A DNA stretch of 64,000 nt from Eledone cirrhosa (lineage: Eukaryota): NCBI GenBank assembly GCA_964016885.1, contig OZ024747.1, forward strand, positions 87,296,001 to 87,360,000. The letters run 5' to 3'. Below the pieces are notes generated by a model. That model saw only the letters and a list, made by a program, of their open reading frames with translations, was not told where the DNA came from and did no database searches. Shown here in pieces: positions 40,142-53,352 of this stretch. The translations under genes were made by a program, and so were the position numbers. Positions within the stretch are counted from its first letter, which is position 1; the number at the start of each line of letters is the position of its first letter.

Positions 40142-43100
40142 GCCGGGTGAGCAGCCCGGTGTAGTGGGGGAGGAGGCAGCCCGGTGTAGTGGGGGAGGAG
40201 GCAGGCCGGTGTAGTGGGGGAGGAGGCAGGCCGGTGTAGTGGGGGAGGAGGCAGCCCGGTGTAGTGGGGGAGGAGGCAGCCTGGTGTAGTGGGGGAGGAG
40301 GCAGCCCGGTGTAGTGGGGGAGGAGGCAGCCCGGTGTAGCGGGGGAGGAGGCAGCCCGGTGTAACGGGGGAGGAGGCAGCCCGGTGTAGCGGGGGAGGAG
40401 GCAGCCCGGTGTAGCGGGGGAGGAGGCAGCCCGGTGTAGTGGGGGAGGAGGCAGCCCGGTGTAGCGGGGGAGGAGGCAGGCCGGTGTAGTGGGGGAGGAG
40501 GCAGCCTGGTGTAGTGGGGGAGGAGGCAGCCCGGTGTAGCGGGGAAGGAGGCACCCGGTGTAGCGGGGGAGGAGGCAGCCCGGTGTAGCGGGGGAGGAGG
40601 CAGCCCGGTGTAGCGGGGGAGGAGGCAGCCCGGTGTAGTGGGGGAGGAGGCAGCCCGGTGTAGCGGGGGAGGAGGCAGCCCGGTGTAGCGGGGGAGGAGG
40701 CAGCCCGGTGTAACGGGGGAGGAGGCAGCCCGGTGTAGCGGGGGAGGAGGCAGCCCGGTGTAGTGGGGGAGGAGGCAGCCCGGTGTAGCGGGGGAGGAGG
40801 CAGCCCGGTGTAGCGGGGGAGGAGGCAGGCCGGTGTAGTGGGGGAGGAGGCAGCCTGGTGTAGTGGGGGAGGAGGCAGCCCGGTGTAGCGGGGAAGGAGG
40901 CACCCGGTGTAGCGGGGGAGGAGGCAGCCCGGTGTAGCGGGGGAGGAGGCAGCCCGGTGTAGCGGGGGAGGAGGCAGCCCGGTGTAGTGGGGGAGGAGGC
41001 AGCCCGGTGTAGCGGGGGAGGAGGCAGCCCGGTGTAGCGGGGGAGGAGGCAGCCCGGTGTAACGGGGGAGGAGGCAGCCCGGTGTAGCGGGGGAGGAGGC
41101 AGCCCGGTGTAGTGGGGGAGGAGGCAGCCCGGTGTAGCGGGGGAGGAGGCAGCCCGGTGTAGCGGGGGAGGAGGCAGCCCGGTGTAGCGGGGGAGGAGGC
41201 AGCCCGGTGTAACGGGGGAGGAGGCAGCCCGGTGTAGTGGGGGAGGAGGCAGCCCGGTGTAGCGGGGGAGGAGGCAGCCCGGTGTAGCGGGGGAGGAGGC
41301 AGCCCGGTGTAGCGGGGGAGGAGGCAGGCCGGTGTAGTGGGGGAGGAGGCAGGCCGGTGTAGCGGGGGAGGAGGCAGGCCGGTGTAGTGGGGGAGGAGGC
41401 AGCCCGGTGTAGCGGGGGAGGAGGCAGGCCGGTGTAGTGGGGGAGGAGGCAGGCCGGTGTAGTGGGGGAGGAGGCAGCCCGGTGTAGTGGGGGAGGAGGC
41501 AGGCCGGTGTAGTGGGGGAGGAGGCAGCCCGGTTAAGTGGGGGAGGAGGCAGCCCGGTGTAGCGGGGGAGGAGGCAGGCCGGTGTAGCAGGGGAGGAGGC
41601 AGCCCGGTGTAGCGGGGGAGGAGGCAGGCCGGTGTAGTGGGGGAGGAGGCAGCCCGGTGTAGCGGGGGAGGAGGCAGGCCGGTGTAGCGGGGGAGGAGGC
41701 AGCCCGGTGTAGCGGGGGAGGAGGCAGGCCGGTGTAGTGGGGGAGGAGGCAGCCCGGTGTAGCGGGGGAGGAGGCAGGCCGGTGTAGCGGGGGAGGAGGC
41801 AGGCAGGTGTAGTGGGGTAGGAGGCAGCCCGGTGTAGCGGGGGAGGAGGCAGGCCGGTGTAGTGGGGGAGGAGGCAGCCCGGTGTAGCGGGGGAGGAGGC
41901 AGGCCGGTGTAGTGGGGGAGGAGGCAGGCCGGTGTAGTGGGGGAGGAGGCAGCCCGGTGTAGTGGGGGAGGAGGCAGGCCGGTGTAGTGGGGGAGGAGGC
42001 AGCCCGGTTAAGTGGGGGAGGAGGCAGCCCGGTGTAGCGGGGGAGGAGGCAGGCCGGTGTAGCAGGGGAGGAGGCAGCCCGGTGTAGCGGGGGAGGAGGC
42101 AGGCCGGTGTAGTGGGGGAGGAGGCAGCCCGGTGTAGCGGGGGAGGAGGCAGGCCGGTGTAGCGGGGGAGGAAGCAGGCCGGTGTAGCGGGGGAGGAGGC
42201 AGGCCGGTGTAGTGGGGGAGGAGGCAGCCCGGTTAAGTGGGGGAGGAGGCAGCCCGGTGTAGCGGGGGAGGAGGCAGCCTGGTGTAGTGGGGGAGGAGGC
42301 AGCCCGGTGTAGCGGGGAAGGAGGCACCCGGTGTAGCGGGGGAGGAGGCAGCCCGGTGTAGCGGGGGAGGAAGCAGGCCGGTGTAGCGGGGGAGGAAGCA
42401 GGCCGGTGTAGCGGGGGAGGAGGCAGGCCGGTGTAGCGGGGGAGGAAGCAGGCCGGTGTAGCGGGGGAGGAGGCAGCCCGGTGTAGCGGGGGAGGAGGCA
42501 GGCCGGTGTAGCGGGGGAGGAGGCAGGCCGGTGTAGCGGGGGAGGAAGCAGGCCGGTGTAGCGGGGGAGGAGGCAGGCCGGTGTAGTGGGGGAGGAGGCA
42601 GCCCGGTGTAGCGGGGGAGGAGGCAGGCCGGTGTAGCGGGGGAGGAGGCAGGCCGGTGTAGTGGGGGAGGAGGCAGCCCGGTGTAGCGGGGGAGGAGGCA
42701 GGCCGGTGTAGCGGGGGAGGAGGCAGGCCGGTGTAGCGGGGGAGGAGGCAGGCCGGTGTAGTGGGGGAGGAGGCAGGCCGGTGTAGTGGGGGAGGAGGCA
42801 GGCCGGTGTAGTGGGGGAGGAGGCAGCCCGGTGTAGCGGGGGAGGAGGCAGCCCGGTGTAGCGGGGGAGGAGGCAGGCCGGTGTAGTGGGGGAGGAGGCA
42901 GGCCGGTGTAGCGGGGGAGGAGGCAGGCCGGTGTAGTGGGGGAGGAGGCAGCCCGGTGTAGTGGGGGAGGAGGCAGGCCGGTGTAGCGGGGGAGGAAGCA
43001 GGCCGGTGTAGTGGGGGAGGAGGCAGCCCGGTGTAGCGGGGGAGGAGGCAGGCCGGTGTAGCGGGGGAGGAAGCAGGCCGGTGTAGTGGGGGAGGAGGCA

Positions 43101-43626
43101 GCCCGGTGTAGCGGGGGAGGAGGCAGGCCGGTGTAGCGGGGGAGGAAGCAGGCCGGTGTAGCGGGGGAGGAGGCAGCCCGGTGTAGCGGGGGAGGAGGCA
43201 GGCCGGTGTAGTGGGGGAGGAGGCAGGCCGGTGTAGCGGGGGAGGAGGCAGGCCGGTGTAGTGGGGGAGGAGGCAGCCCGGTGTAGTGGGGGAGGAGGCA
43301 GGCCGGTGTAGCGGGGGAGGAGGCAGGCCGGTGTAGTGGGGGAGGAGGCAGCCCGGTGTAGTGGGGGAGGAGGCAGGCCGGTGTAGCGGGGGAGGAAGCA
43401 GGCCGGTGTAGTGGGGGAGGAGGCAGCCCGGTGTAGTGGGGGAGGAGGCAGGCCGGTGTAGCGGGGGAGGAAGCAGGCCGGTGTAGTGGGGGAGGAGGCA
43501 GCCCGGTGTAGTGGGGGAGGAGGCAGGCCGGTGTAGCGGGGGAGGAAGCAGGCCGGTGTAGTGGGGGAGGAGGCAGCCCGGTGTAGCGGGGGAGGAGGCA
43601 GGCCGGTGTAGCGGGGGAGGAGGCAA
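40142..43626. repeat. GC-rich 25-bp minisatellite (CCGGTGTAGYGGGGGAGGAGGCAGS), about 139 units
   Basis: Direct inspection. Confidence 0.97.
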
Positions 43627-43705
43627 TAATGAAATGATAAGGTGACACTTGGGCAAGTTTGATATTAATTGCAGGTGAAAGATAAAATATAAACTGAAGA
43701 ATCTG

Positions 43706-45565
43706 ATGATGACGATTGTGGTGGTGATGGTGGTGATGGTGGTGAGGGTGGTGAGGGTGGTGAGGGTGGTGATGGTGGTGATGGTGGTGGTGATGGTGGT
43801 GAGGGTGGTGATGGTGGTGGTGATGGTGGTGAGGGTGGTGAGGGTGGTGAGGGTGGTGGTGATGGTGGTGAGGGTGGTGATGGTGGTGGTGATGGTGGTG
43901 ATGGTGGTGATGGTGGTGAGGGTGGTGGTGATGGTGGTGATGGTGGTGGTGATGGTGGTGATGGTGGTGAGGGTGGTGATGGTGGTGATGGTGGTGGTGA
44001 TGGTGGTGATGGTGGTGGTGATGGTGGTGATGGTGGTGAGGGTGGTGAGGGTGGTGATGGTGGTGATGGTGGTGGTGATGGTGGTGATGGTGGTGGTGAT
44101 GGTGGTGATGGTGGTGAGTGTGGTGATGGTGGTGATGGTGGTGGTGATGGTGGTGATGGTGGTGAGGGTGGTGATGGTGGTGATGGTGGTGGTGATGGTG
44201 GTGATGGTGGTGGTGATGGTGGTGATGGTGGTGAGGGTGGTGATGGTGGTGATGGTGGTGGTGATGGTGGTGATGGTGGTGAGGGTGGTGAGGGTGGTGA
44301 TGGTGGTGAGGGTGGTGATGGTGGTGGTGATGGTGGTGATGGTGGTGAGGGTGGTGATGGTGGTGAGGGTGGTGAGGGTGGTTGTGGTGGTGAGGGTGGT
44401 GATGGTGGTGAGGTGGTGAGGGTGGTGATGGTGGTGAGGGTGGTGATGGTGGTGAGGGTGGTGATGGTGGTGATGGTGGTGAGGGTGGTGATGGTGGTGA
44501 GGGTGGTGATGGTGGTGAGGGTGGTGAGGGTGGTGAGGGTGGTGAGGGTGGTTGTGGTGGTGAGGGTGGTGATGGTGGCGATGGTGGTGAGGGTTGTGAT
44601 GGTGGTGATGGTGGTGAGGGTGGTGAGGGTGGTTGTGGTGGTGAGGGTGGTGATGGTGGTGAGGTGGTGAGGGTGGTGATGGTGGTGAGGGTGGTGGGGT
44701 GGTTGTGGTGGTGAGGGTGGTGATGGTGGTGAGGGTGGTGATGGTGGTGAGGGTGGTGAGGGTGGTTGTGGTGGTGAGGGTGGTGAGGGTGGTGAGGTGG
44801 TGAGGGTGGTGATGGTGGTGAGGGTGGTGAGGGTGGTTGTGGTGGTGAGGGTGGTGATGGTGGTGAGGTGGTGAGGGTGGTGATGGTGGTGAGGGTGGTG
44901 AGGGTGGTTGTGGTGGTGAGGGTGGTGAGGGTGGTTGTGGTGGTGAGGGTGGTGATGGTGGTGAGGTGGTGAGGGTGGTGATGGTGGTGAGGTGGTGAGG
45001 GTGGTTGTGGTGTTGAGGGTGGTGAGGGTGGTGAGGGTGGTGAGGGTGGTGAGGGTGGTTGTGGTGGTGAGGGTGGTGAGGGTGGTGAGGTGGTGAGGGT
45101 GGTGATGGTGGTGAGGGTGGTGAGGGTGGTTGTGGTGGTGAGGGTGGTGAGGGTGGTTGTGGTGGTGAGGGTGGTGATGGTGGTGAGGTGGTGAGGGTGG
45201 TGATGGTGGTGAGGTGGTGAGGGTGGTTGTGGTGGTGAGGGTGGTGAGGGTGGTGAGGGTGGTGAGGGTGGTGAGGGTGGTTGTGGTGGCAGTGACGACT
45301 AGGATGATGATAATGATGATGGCGATGATGATGACGGCGATGATGATGATGGCGATGATGATGATGGCGATGATGATGGCGATGATGACGATGATGATGA
45401 GGATGATGATGATGATGATGGCGATGGTGACGATGGCGACGGTGGTGATGATGATGACGATGGCGATGGTGACGATGGCGACGGTGATGATGAGGATGAC
45501 GACGATGATGATGGTGGCGATGATGGCGACGGTGGTGAGGATGGCGATGGCGATGATGGTGATGA
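43706..45565. repeat. (GGT/GAG/GAT) trinucleotide-derived satellite followed by (GAT/GGC)n
   Basis: Direct inspection. Confidence 0.95.
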
Positions 45566-45681
45566 AGAACACACTAATATTTTGAAATAAATCCCCCAAC
45601 GTGCAATATAACTTGCATTGGAGCTTGAATAATTCAACACAGATTTTTAAATCTATCAGCGCATCCGTCCATCTATCTGTC

Positions 45682-45745
<64 letters not shown>

Positions 45746-45757
45746 TGTTTAGACTGT

Positions 45758-45852
<95 letters not shown>

Positions 45853-45864
45853 TGTTTAGACTGT

Positions 45865-45905
<41 letters not shown>

Positions 45906-46158
45906 GTATGTATGTCTGTGTGTGTATGTAGGTAGGTATGTGCGTATGTATATATGTGTATACATACTTACTTAAGTACATACATCCATATATATACATA
46001 TACACATACATACAAACATACCTATGTGTGTGTATGTCGAAAGTCATTGCCCCTTTTATATTTTTATCCCTTTCGTCTTTTCACTTTTATACACATTCTC
46101 TTCATTATCTTAAGCTTCTTTCACCCCATGTTTTTTTTTCTTTTTCTTCTGTTTGCAT

Positions 46159-46248
<90 letters not shown>

Positions 46249-46377
46249 GTGCGCGCGCTTCCATGCATACCTATAGTGGATGAAAGAACAGGAAAACAAA
46301 ATTATCAAGACGGGAGATTGTACAAACTGAAATTATCAGCTTAACTCTCTTCAGAAATGACAAAGTTTTTTTTTTTA

Positions 46378-46412
46378 TACCGACGTTTCGGGATGCGCTT
46401 TTCTTCAGAAAT
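46378..46412 (-). ncRNA. Decayed minimal HHR
   Basis: CTGAAGA-aaagcgcatccc-GAAACGTC; stem II poorly paired. Confidence 0.35.
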
Positions 46413-46532
46413 ATGAGAAAGTATAGAGGAGATAATGTTTGAGACAAAATATCATCTGCAGTCAAAGGCTTACACGGTAGCGAAGTACGTGCAGATCACT
46501 GGGATCACTGGACGGAGTGGGGTGGCCTGTGA

Positions 46533-46704
<172 letters not shown>

Positions 46705-47694
46705 GTGTGTGCTATGGCCGAAGAAGACTATTACCAACTATAAAATGAATCCTGCTTTCGACAGTGGCTCTCTAAAAGCCCAACAGACTCCGCCATGTCC
46801 TTTGGAAGACCTTGCAAATTCTGCAAGAGGGATATTTCAAAAACATTTTCACTATCCTTTACCTATCTTCACCTTTATTGTCGATCAAAGACATTTCTTT
46901 CCTAGCTAATTTAACTTATTTTAAAGGCTTTTAAAGAAGACTTTACACAGTCCTTAAACCGCAACCAAGGTCAGTCGATTTCTACACACGTGTTTACCAT
47001 TGAGTATCTACTTCGAGATCTTCTGATGATTCATTTGTACAAGATGTCCAGTCAAACGTAAACTGTGCTTATTTTTGTCTGTGTGAGTATATGTACGTAT
47101 TTACACACATCCTAGGGATAGCTTTTCAAGAGGGACCTTACTGAGGTATCACTGGTGGTGACCCACATTCTAATTGCTGACGAACGAAGTAACATCAGCT
47201 TACTTACGGGAAACTCTGAGTACCTAGGAAGGTATACCCCAGTTTGCCATCTATTTTATATAATAGTGATGGTGGTGGCAGTGGTGGTAATGCGGAGGAG
47301 GAAGATGCTGTTATAATTAATGTTGTTGTTGTTACTCATCTTTTATCGTACTCGGTTATTGTTGGCGTGGTGCCAAAAGGTCTCTGTAAATTCTATTAGT
47401 TTTGTCTTGCCTGCCTGACCCCACTCAGATACCCATTAACACATCCATTCACACATGTACGCCATCACATACACGCCACACACACACACTTACAAATACA
47501 CACTGGCTGCTGCTGTGTCCCGTGAGTGATATTTATGATTATTATCAAGAGAACACGGCATTTTCTATTTTTTTTTTATTACAGATTTTTCATTTCGAAT
47601 TCAGTTCATTTCGTTCCATCTCACTTCCCACCAACTACATATCAACCCTTCAACCCAATAACCCATCACCACCACCACCATCAACAAAACAACA

Positions 47695-48160
47695 TCACCA
47701 ACACCAACACCACTCCCACCAACACTAACACCGCCAGCCCCACCATTAATATTACTCCCACCAACACCACCAGCTCCACCATTAGCACCACTCCCACTAA
47801 CACCGCCAGCCCCACCATTAGCACCACTCCCACCAACACCACCAGCTCTACCATTAACACCACTCCCACTAACACTGACACCGCCAGCCCCACCATTAGC
47901 ACCACTCCCACCAACACCACCAGCTCTACCATTAGCACCACTCCCACTAACACTGACACCGCCAGCTCCACCATTAGCACCACTCCCACTAACACTGACA
48001 CCGCCAGCCCCACCATTAGCACCACTCCCACCAACACCACCAGCTCTACCATTAGCACCACTCCCACTAACACTGACACCACCAGCTCCACCATTAGCAC
48101 CACTCCCACTAACACTGACACCGCCAGCTCCACCATTAACACCACTCCCACCAACATCAC
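47695..48160. repeat. 33-42-bp CA-rich minisatellite (ACCATTAGCACCACTCCCAC...)
   Basis: Direct inspection. Confidence 0.9.
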
Positions 48161-48990
48161 CAAAGCAAACACCGCTATTATTATTATTTTTATTCATTAC
48201 CCACCAAAAGGTTTCTTTTTTTTTTTCTGTTTTGAAATTAAAAATTAATAAGAAAATATAGATACTATAAATTTAACTTCCATTTCCTCAATAAGAAAGA
48301 TATTACTGAAGGGACTTCACTGATTTAGCTGGAGGTAAAGTAGGGCTCACTATGTAACTAGGCAGTTAGATCTTTCTTCAAACTTAGTTTTCATTCCACT
48401 ATTTTTTCCTCTTTTGATTAGTTTGTACCGTTTTCTTAATTTTCACCACCATCACCACAACCACCAAACCACCACCCCACCCCACACTACCACAAAATAT
48501 AATACCTTTTTAATGATGTTTAGATCTGCTACAAACGTTAACTATATTACGAAATGACAAACAGCACAATGCCGCATAGAAAACAATGAGATAAGATGAA
48601 ACTGCTTAACATTTAGTTTTCATAAGGTCACAGGCAATGTGATTGAAGTGAATCGACACTGAAAATCGAAACCGGCTTGCGAATGTAGATTGCCAGGTTC
48701 ATAACCTTTCCTTTATGCCGTCTGTGAAATGCAGAAGAGAGCAAATAGGACTCTTCACAATGATGCAATATTTAGGCATTGTTCTAGCGAAAGATCATCT
48801 ACGAGGCTGCTCCACTAGCCAAATCTCTAAAACATCACATTCTTTTCGAAAACTTTAACTGAATATGTTTAGAAACTGAGCTTTGATGTACTCATCCTTT
48901 TATGTATGTACGTATGTATGTATGTATGTATGTATGTATGTATGTATGTATGTATGTATGTATGTATGTATATATGTATGTGTGTATGTA

Positions 48991-49780
48991 TGGTCGGGTC
49001 GTTGGCGACTAAACTGGCAACCCCACCAAGGTTTCTTGGTGAGGGGGGTGACTTTGGACATCGTGCAGGACTAAAAACAAAACCTGTCAAAGGGCAAAGG
49101 AGCTCCTAAGAGTCAATGGCCATCCAAAATCACCGGGAGAGATGACCCCTTAGCCTTTGTCAAGGCAGAATTCTAGGAGAAGGAAAACTCTGATATAACA
49201 CCTGCAACCCTGATGGTATCCAATGATGTTGACTTGTTCTTCTTTTTGGTAAATATCATCTTGGTTAAGAGAGTGGGACTGGCTTTGTGCAGTGCCTTTG
49301 CTCACTATAAAAGCTTCACGGCACAGGCATTGCTTTATATCTGGAGATCTCTCTGCACTTGTCATCACATGGTACCATGGGCCCAGCACTATGTGTCAAT
49401 AATTGTCACAGGTGTAGTGTTTGTACCAGAGTTTTCAAGTCGCTGGCTGGACTAAAAAGTCACACTCGTTCAGCCCATCGGTAGGGGTTCTCCTACATGG
49501 ATATAGAGTAGTCGCCGTACTCGAAAACGAGTTGGCAGCCACCATGTATGTATGTATGTATGTATGTATGTATGTATGTATGTATGTATGTATGTATGTA
49601 TGTATGTATGTATGTCAGGTTTCTCCCCCAGCATGCTACCATGTAGCCCAGTATGATCTGTCGCACAGTCTGGTTGTCGGTGACTAAACCGACAGCCCGA
49701 CCAGTCTCGCTTGGTGTGGGTCGAAAAACAAGACCTGACAAGGGACGGAAGAACTCATGAGAGTCAACAGCCATCCGATA
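48991..49780 (+). mobile_element. Family C elements in (TATG)n: copy 48991-49545 and 5' fragment 49614-49780
   Basis: Shared gg(c/t)gactaaac..aaaaacaa.acctg.caa.gg..gagtcaa..gccatcc; homology to 8805-9125. Confidence 0.65.
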
Positions 49781-49823
49781 GTGTGTACACATATATATAT
49801 ACATTATGTGTGTAGATTATGTG

Positions 49824-49854
<31 letters not shown>

Positions 49855-50001
49855 TTATTTATTAAAATAACAGATTAAAGTTTAAGCAAAGAATCGCTGC
49901 TTTCACCCTTAATGTTTGCTCTACGGTTCTTATATATTTGATATATATTTATCCTTATCGAGCCCTCTTTGGATTTTAGTCTTCAAATTTATTTATTATT
50001 A

Positions 50002-50115
<114 letters not shown>

Positions 50116-50249
50116 AAAGAATAGAGGTGTAACACACGAGTTATGATATATTGGTAAAAGGAAAAGAAAATGCTGACAAATTGTTCCCAGTGAAAAATAG
50201 TTTAATTAGGAATAAGTAAAAATTAGTAATAGTATTGGTTAGTATTCAG

Positions 50250-51446
50250 ACCGCTATGGGAACGAAAACAGCCCCCACTTATGCCAACCTAGTCATGGGA
50301 TACCTGGAACTCACCCTCTACACTAAAGTACTAAACAAATTTGGAAACACTCTCCACTTACACATAGAAAGGAACTGGAAGCGATATCTAGATGACTGCT
50401 TCATCCTTTGGCACGAAAATATCGAGAAACTTAAAGAATTTCACACCCTTATAAATGGGCTCAACACGAATATTAACTTCGCGATGGAATACAGCCATCA
50501 ACAACTCCCCTTCCTCGACATCCTCATTAAGATTCATAACAAAAAAATAGAAACAGACATATACTACAAGCCCACAGACTCCAAGCAATATCTTCCTTTC
50601 AACTCTTGCCACCCTAGACACGTTAAAATTAATATTCCCTACAACTTAGCCAAGAGAATCTGTACTATAGTCTCCAATAAAAACACCTGTTACTTACGGC
50701 TACAAGAACTAAAGGACACACTCATAGGCAGGGACTACCCTGCATCACTAATTGACAATGGAATCCAACGTGCCCTAAAACTCAGTACCCAGGACCTTAG
50801 ACACCCTAAAGTAAATCAACCGAAACTAAAAGCTCTTCCATACATCTCCACACACAACCCCCTCAACAATGAGGTCTTTGACACCATCCTCCAGAACAAC
50901 CCTGTGTTAAAAAAGGACCATAGAATGAACCAAATCCTACGAACACACGATATCATAAAGAGCAAAAGACAATCTAATTCAATGAAAAATATCCTAACAT
51001 ATGCCAAAGTACTGCCAACCACAACAACGAAACCCACAGTAAAAAAATGCGATAGACCCAACTGTGGCATATGCATCAACCTAATAGAGGGTTCGGAATT
51101 CTATTTCAAAGAAGGACAACGTTTTATAGTAAAACACAATTTCACATGCGCATCAGAAAATCTAATATATGTATTAACTTGCTCAGGTTGTCGAGAACAA
51201 TACATAGGCCAGACCAAAAACAGCCTCCGCCAACGCATGACTGTCCATAGATCCCAAATTAAAATACGGGAATACAGGAAAATACCACTGAGTGAACACA
51301 TTGATACCTGTGCCGCCCAAAATCATCCCAACTTCAGAATCTTTCCCCTCTTCAAATTTAAAGATAATGCCACCCACACCCAGCGCATCAGCAAGGAATC
51401 TTACTTTATTAACAAATACGGACCCCGTCTAAACACTTCTCCCTAA
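50250..51446 (+). CDS. PLE RT C-terminal half + Cys-rich linker + GIY-YIG endonuclease (partial)
   Basis: TAMGT..APTYANLVMG, RYLDD, LPFLD, YYKPTD..YL..SCHP, CDRPNCGIC..FTC, LIYVLTC..C..QYIGQT. Confidence 0.92.
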   Translation, partial: TAMGTKTAPTYANLVMGYLELTLYTKVLNKFGNTLHLHIERNWKRYLDDCFILWHENIEKLKEFHTLINGLNTNINFAMEYSHQQLPFLDILIKIHNKKIETDIYYKPTDSKQYLPFNSCHPRHVKINIPYNLAKRICTIVSNKNTCYLRLQELKDTLIGRDYPASLIDNGIQRALKLSTQDLRHPKVNQPKLKALPYISTHNPLNNEVFDTILQNNPVLKKDHRMNQILRTHDIIKSKRQSNSMKNILTYAKVLPTTTTKPTVKKCDRPNCGICINLIEGSEFYFKEGQRFIVKHNFTCASENLIYVLTCSGCREQYIGQTKNSLRQRMTVHRSQIKIREYRKIPLSEHIDTCAAQNHPNFRIFPLFKFKDNATHTQRISKESYFINKYGPRLNTSP

Positions 51447-51941
51447 GACGAACTCACAACATACACACTTCAACATACATACCTACATCAGCATACATCC
51501 TACATACATCTCTATCCACATATAAACACAATGACATACGTAAACACAAATTTGCATACCTTTTGAGATCTATAGATATAAACATGCCGACACACACACA
51601 TACATATACGCACACATGCATTGCACACTGATGGGCACATACATATTTGTACACAAGTATTCCAATACGGCAAGGCCTAATGGATTCCCCTTGCAGTACG
51701 TACAATCTGGACACTCTCACACAGACCTTGGTCTTATGCCAATACTATATATCATTTCACACCTTTTATTATTAAGGTTTTTGATGTTCTATTGAGAGAA
51801 TCGTTTTTACTGAAAATATCGAATAATGTACACCATTTTTACCAGTATCACAAAAATACTGGTCCACCCACACACACATTCTCTCACACACACACACACA
51901 CACAAATATATACACACACACATACATTAACATACAAAGAG

Positions 51942-52025
<84 letters not shown>

Positions 52026-52497
52026 CTCCGTATAAGACAAGAGCTGAAAAATATCTTTTAACATGTTAAAATATCCCCCACACACGTACAGACACATTCC
52101 TACTGACCGATCCCTCTACCACGAATTACTCTGCTACACACACACATACACTTGTCTTAATAGGCACTTGAACTGTCAGCAGGCTGCGGTTCGCACACAC
52201 ATCCCTGCTGACCATTATCACAACAACGAACCTCTTTACTACTACTACACACGCACACACATATTTGTCTTGAAAGACTTATTTTTCAGTGACTTCTCAA
52301 TCAGCCGAGACAAACCTACATTCGGCGCAAAATCAATTTTTAACATTCACATGACCTCTACCGACCAATCAAAATTGTTTTGACCACAAGAATTTTTTCA
52401 TACATCTGGAGCCACTTTTTTTTTTACATAAAACAGGTAGAATTTCCAAAACTAATCAGATTAGAGCAAACATCACGGGCGCTCTATCTCAAAAATA

Positions 52498-52533
52498 TTT
52501 TTGAAAAGCATTAGAAATGCGCAACCGGTAAAA
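52498..52533 (+). ncRNA. HHR of the Neptune-like element, U3-A8 variant with an A13>C lesion
   Basis: ttt-TTGAAAA-gcatt aga aatgc-GCAACCGGTA-aaa. Confidence 0.55.
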
Positions 52534-52644
52534 CTTAAAACCAAAACTGAATACTAACCAATACTATTACTAATTTTTACTTATTCCTAATTAAACTATT
52601 TTTCACTGGGAACAATTTGTCAGCATTTTCTTTTCCTTTTACCA

Positions 52645-52698
<54 letters not shown>

Positions 52699-52743
52699 GT
52701 ATATATATATATATGTGTGTGTGTGTATATGTATATATATATA

Positions 52744-52790
<47 letters not shown>

Positions 52791-53239
52791 GTGTGTGTAT
52801 GTATGTATGCGTGTGTGTATGTATGTGTGTGTGTGTATGAGTGTGTAAAAGCTCGCTGCTGTGCGAAGACATGGAAATTCCTGAGTTGGTGAGCAGGCGC
52901 CTGGCAAGCCCACCCGCACCTAAATGAATGTTGACTCGTTCTTCTTTATAGATGCCTATCATTACTATTTAGAGATGGGGTTGGTCCTGTGCAATACCTT
53001 TATCACTCAAGATAAGTTCTAAGCACAGGTATTGCTTGATCACTATCAATATGTTTCTGCTTTGTAATGACTGGCTGTAGCCTAAAACGGCAATCCAAAT
53101 TCGATGAAGGCTAATGACATTGTTCATGTTTATGGCAATAAGGGCTCTGAGACGAACAGTGATAGGTTCTGACCCGGCTTGTGTCCTGGGGCACCGCATT
53201 CCAAGTCTGATCGTCATCTTGCTATTGCGAGAAATTATA

Positions 53240-53352
53240 CAACTACAACTCTGAATATTGGTTGCTGGAACATCCAAACGCTATTGGATGATAAATCGAC
53301 AACTCGTCCAAAAAGAAGATCTACTCTCATAGCGAAGGAGTTACAGCGTTAT
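53240..53352 (+). pseudogene. RTE (BovB-type) APE endonuclease N-terminal fragment
   Basis: LNIGCWNIQTLLD...RPKRRSTLIAKELQRY. Confidence 0.75.

Noticed and set aside
40142-43626. CRISPR-like periodicity
   Set aside because: No unique spacers and no cas genes; eukaryotic context.
38039-43656. Long Pro-rich and YIHTH ORFs of 470-950 aa
   Set aside because: Translations of 25-bp and 28-bp minisatellites; unit lengths are not multiples of 3 and several frames are open.
43665-45599. Extensin/mucin-like 644-aa ORF
   Set aside because: Trinucleotide satellite with frame shifts between poly-T, P and H registers; no gene context.
47526-48248. Mucin-like Thr-rich ORF
   Set aside because: Codon-multiple minisatellite open on both strands, with no other support for coding.
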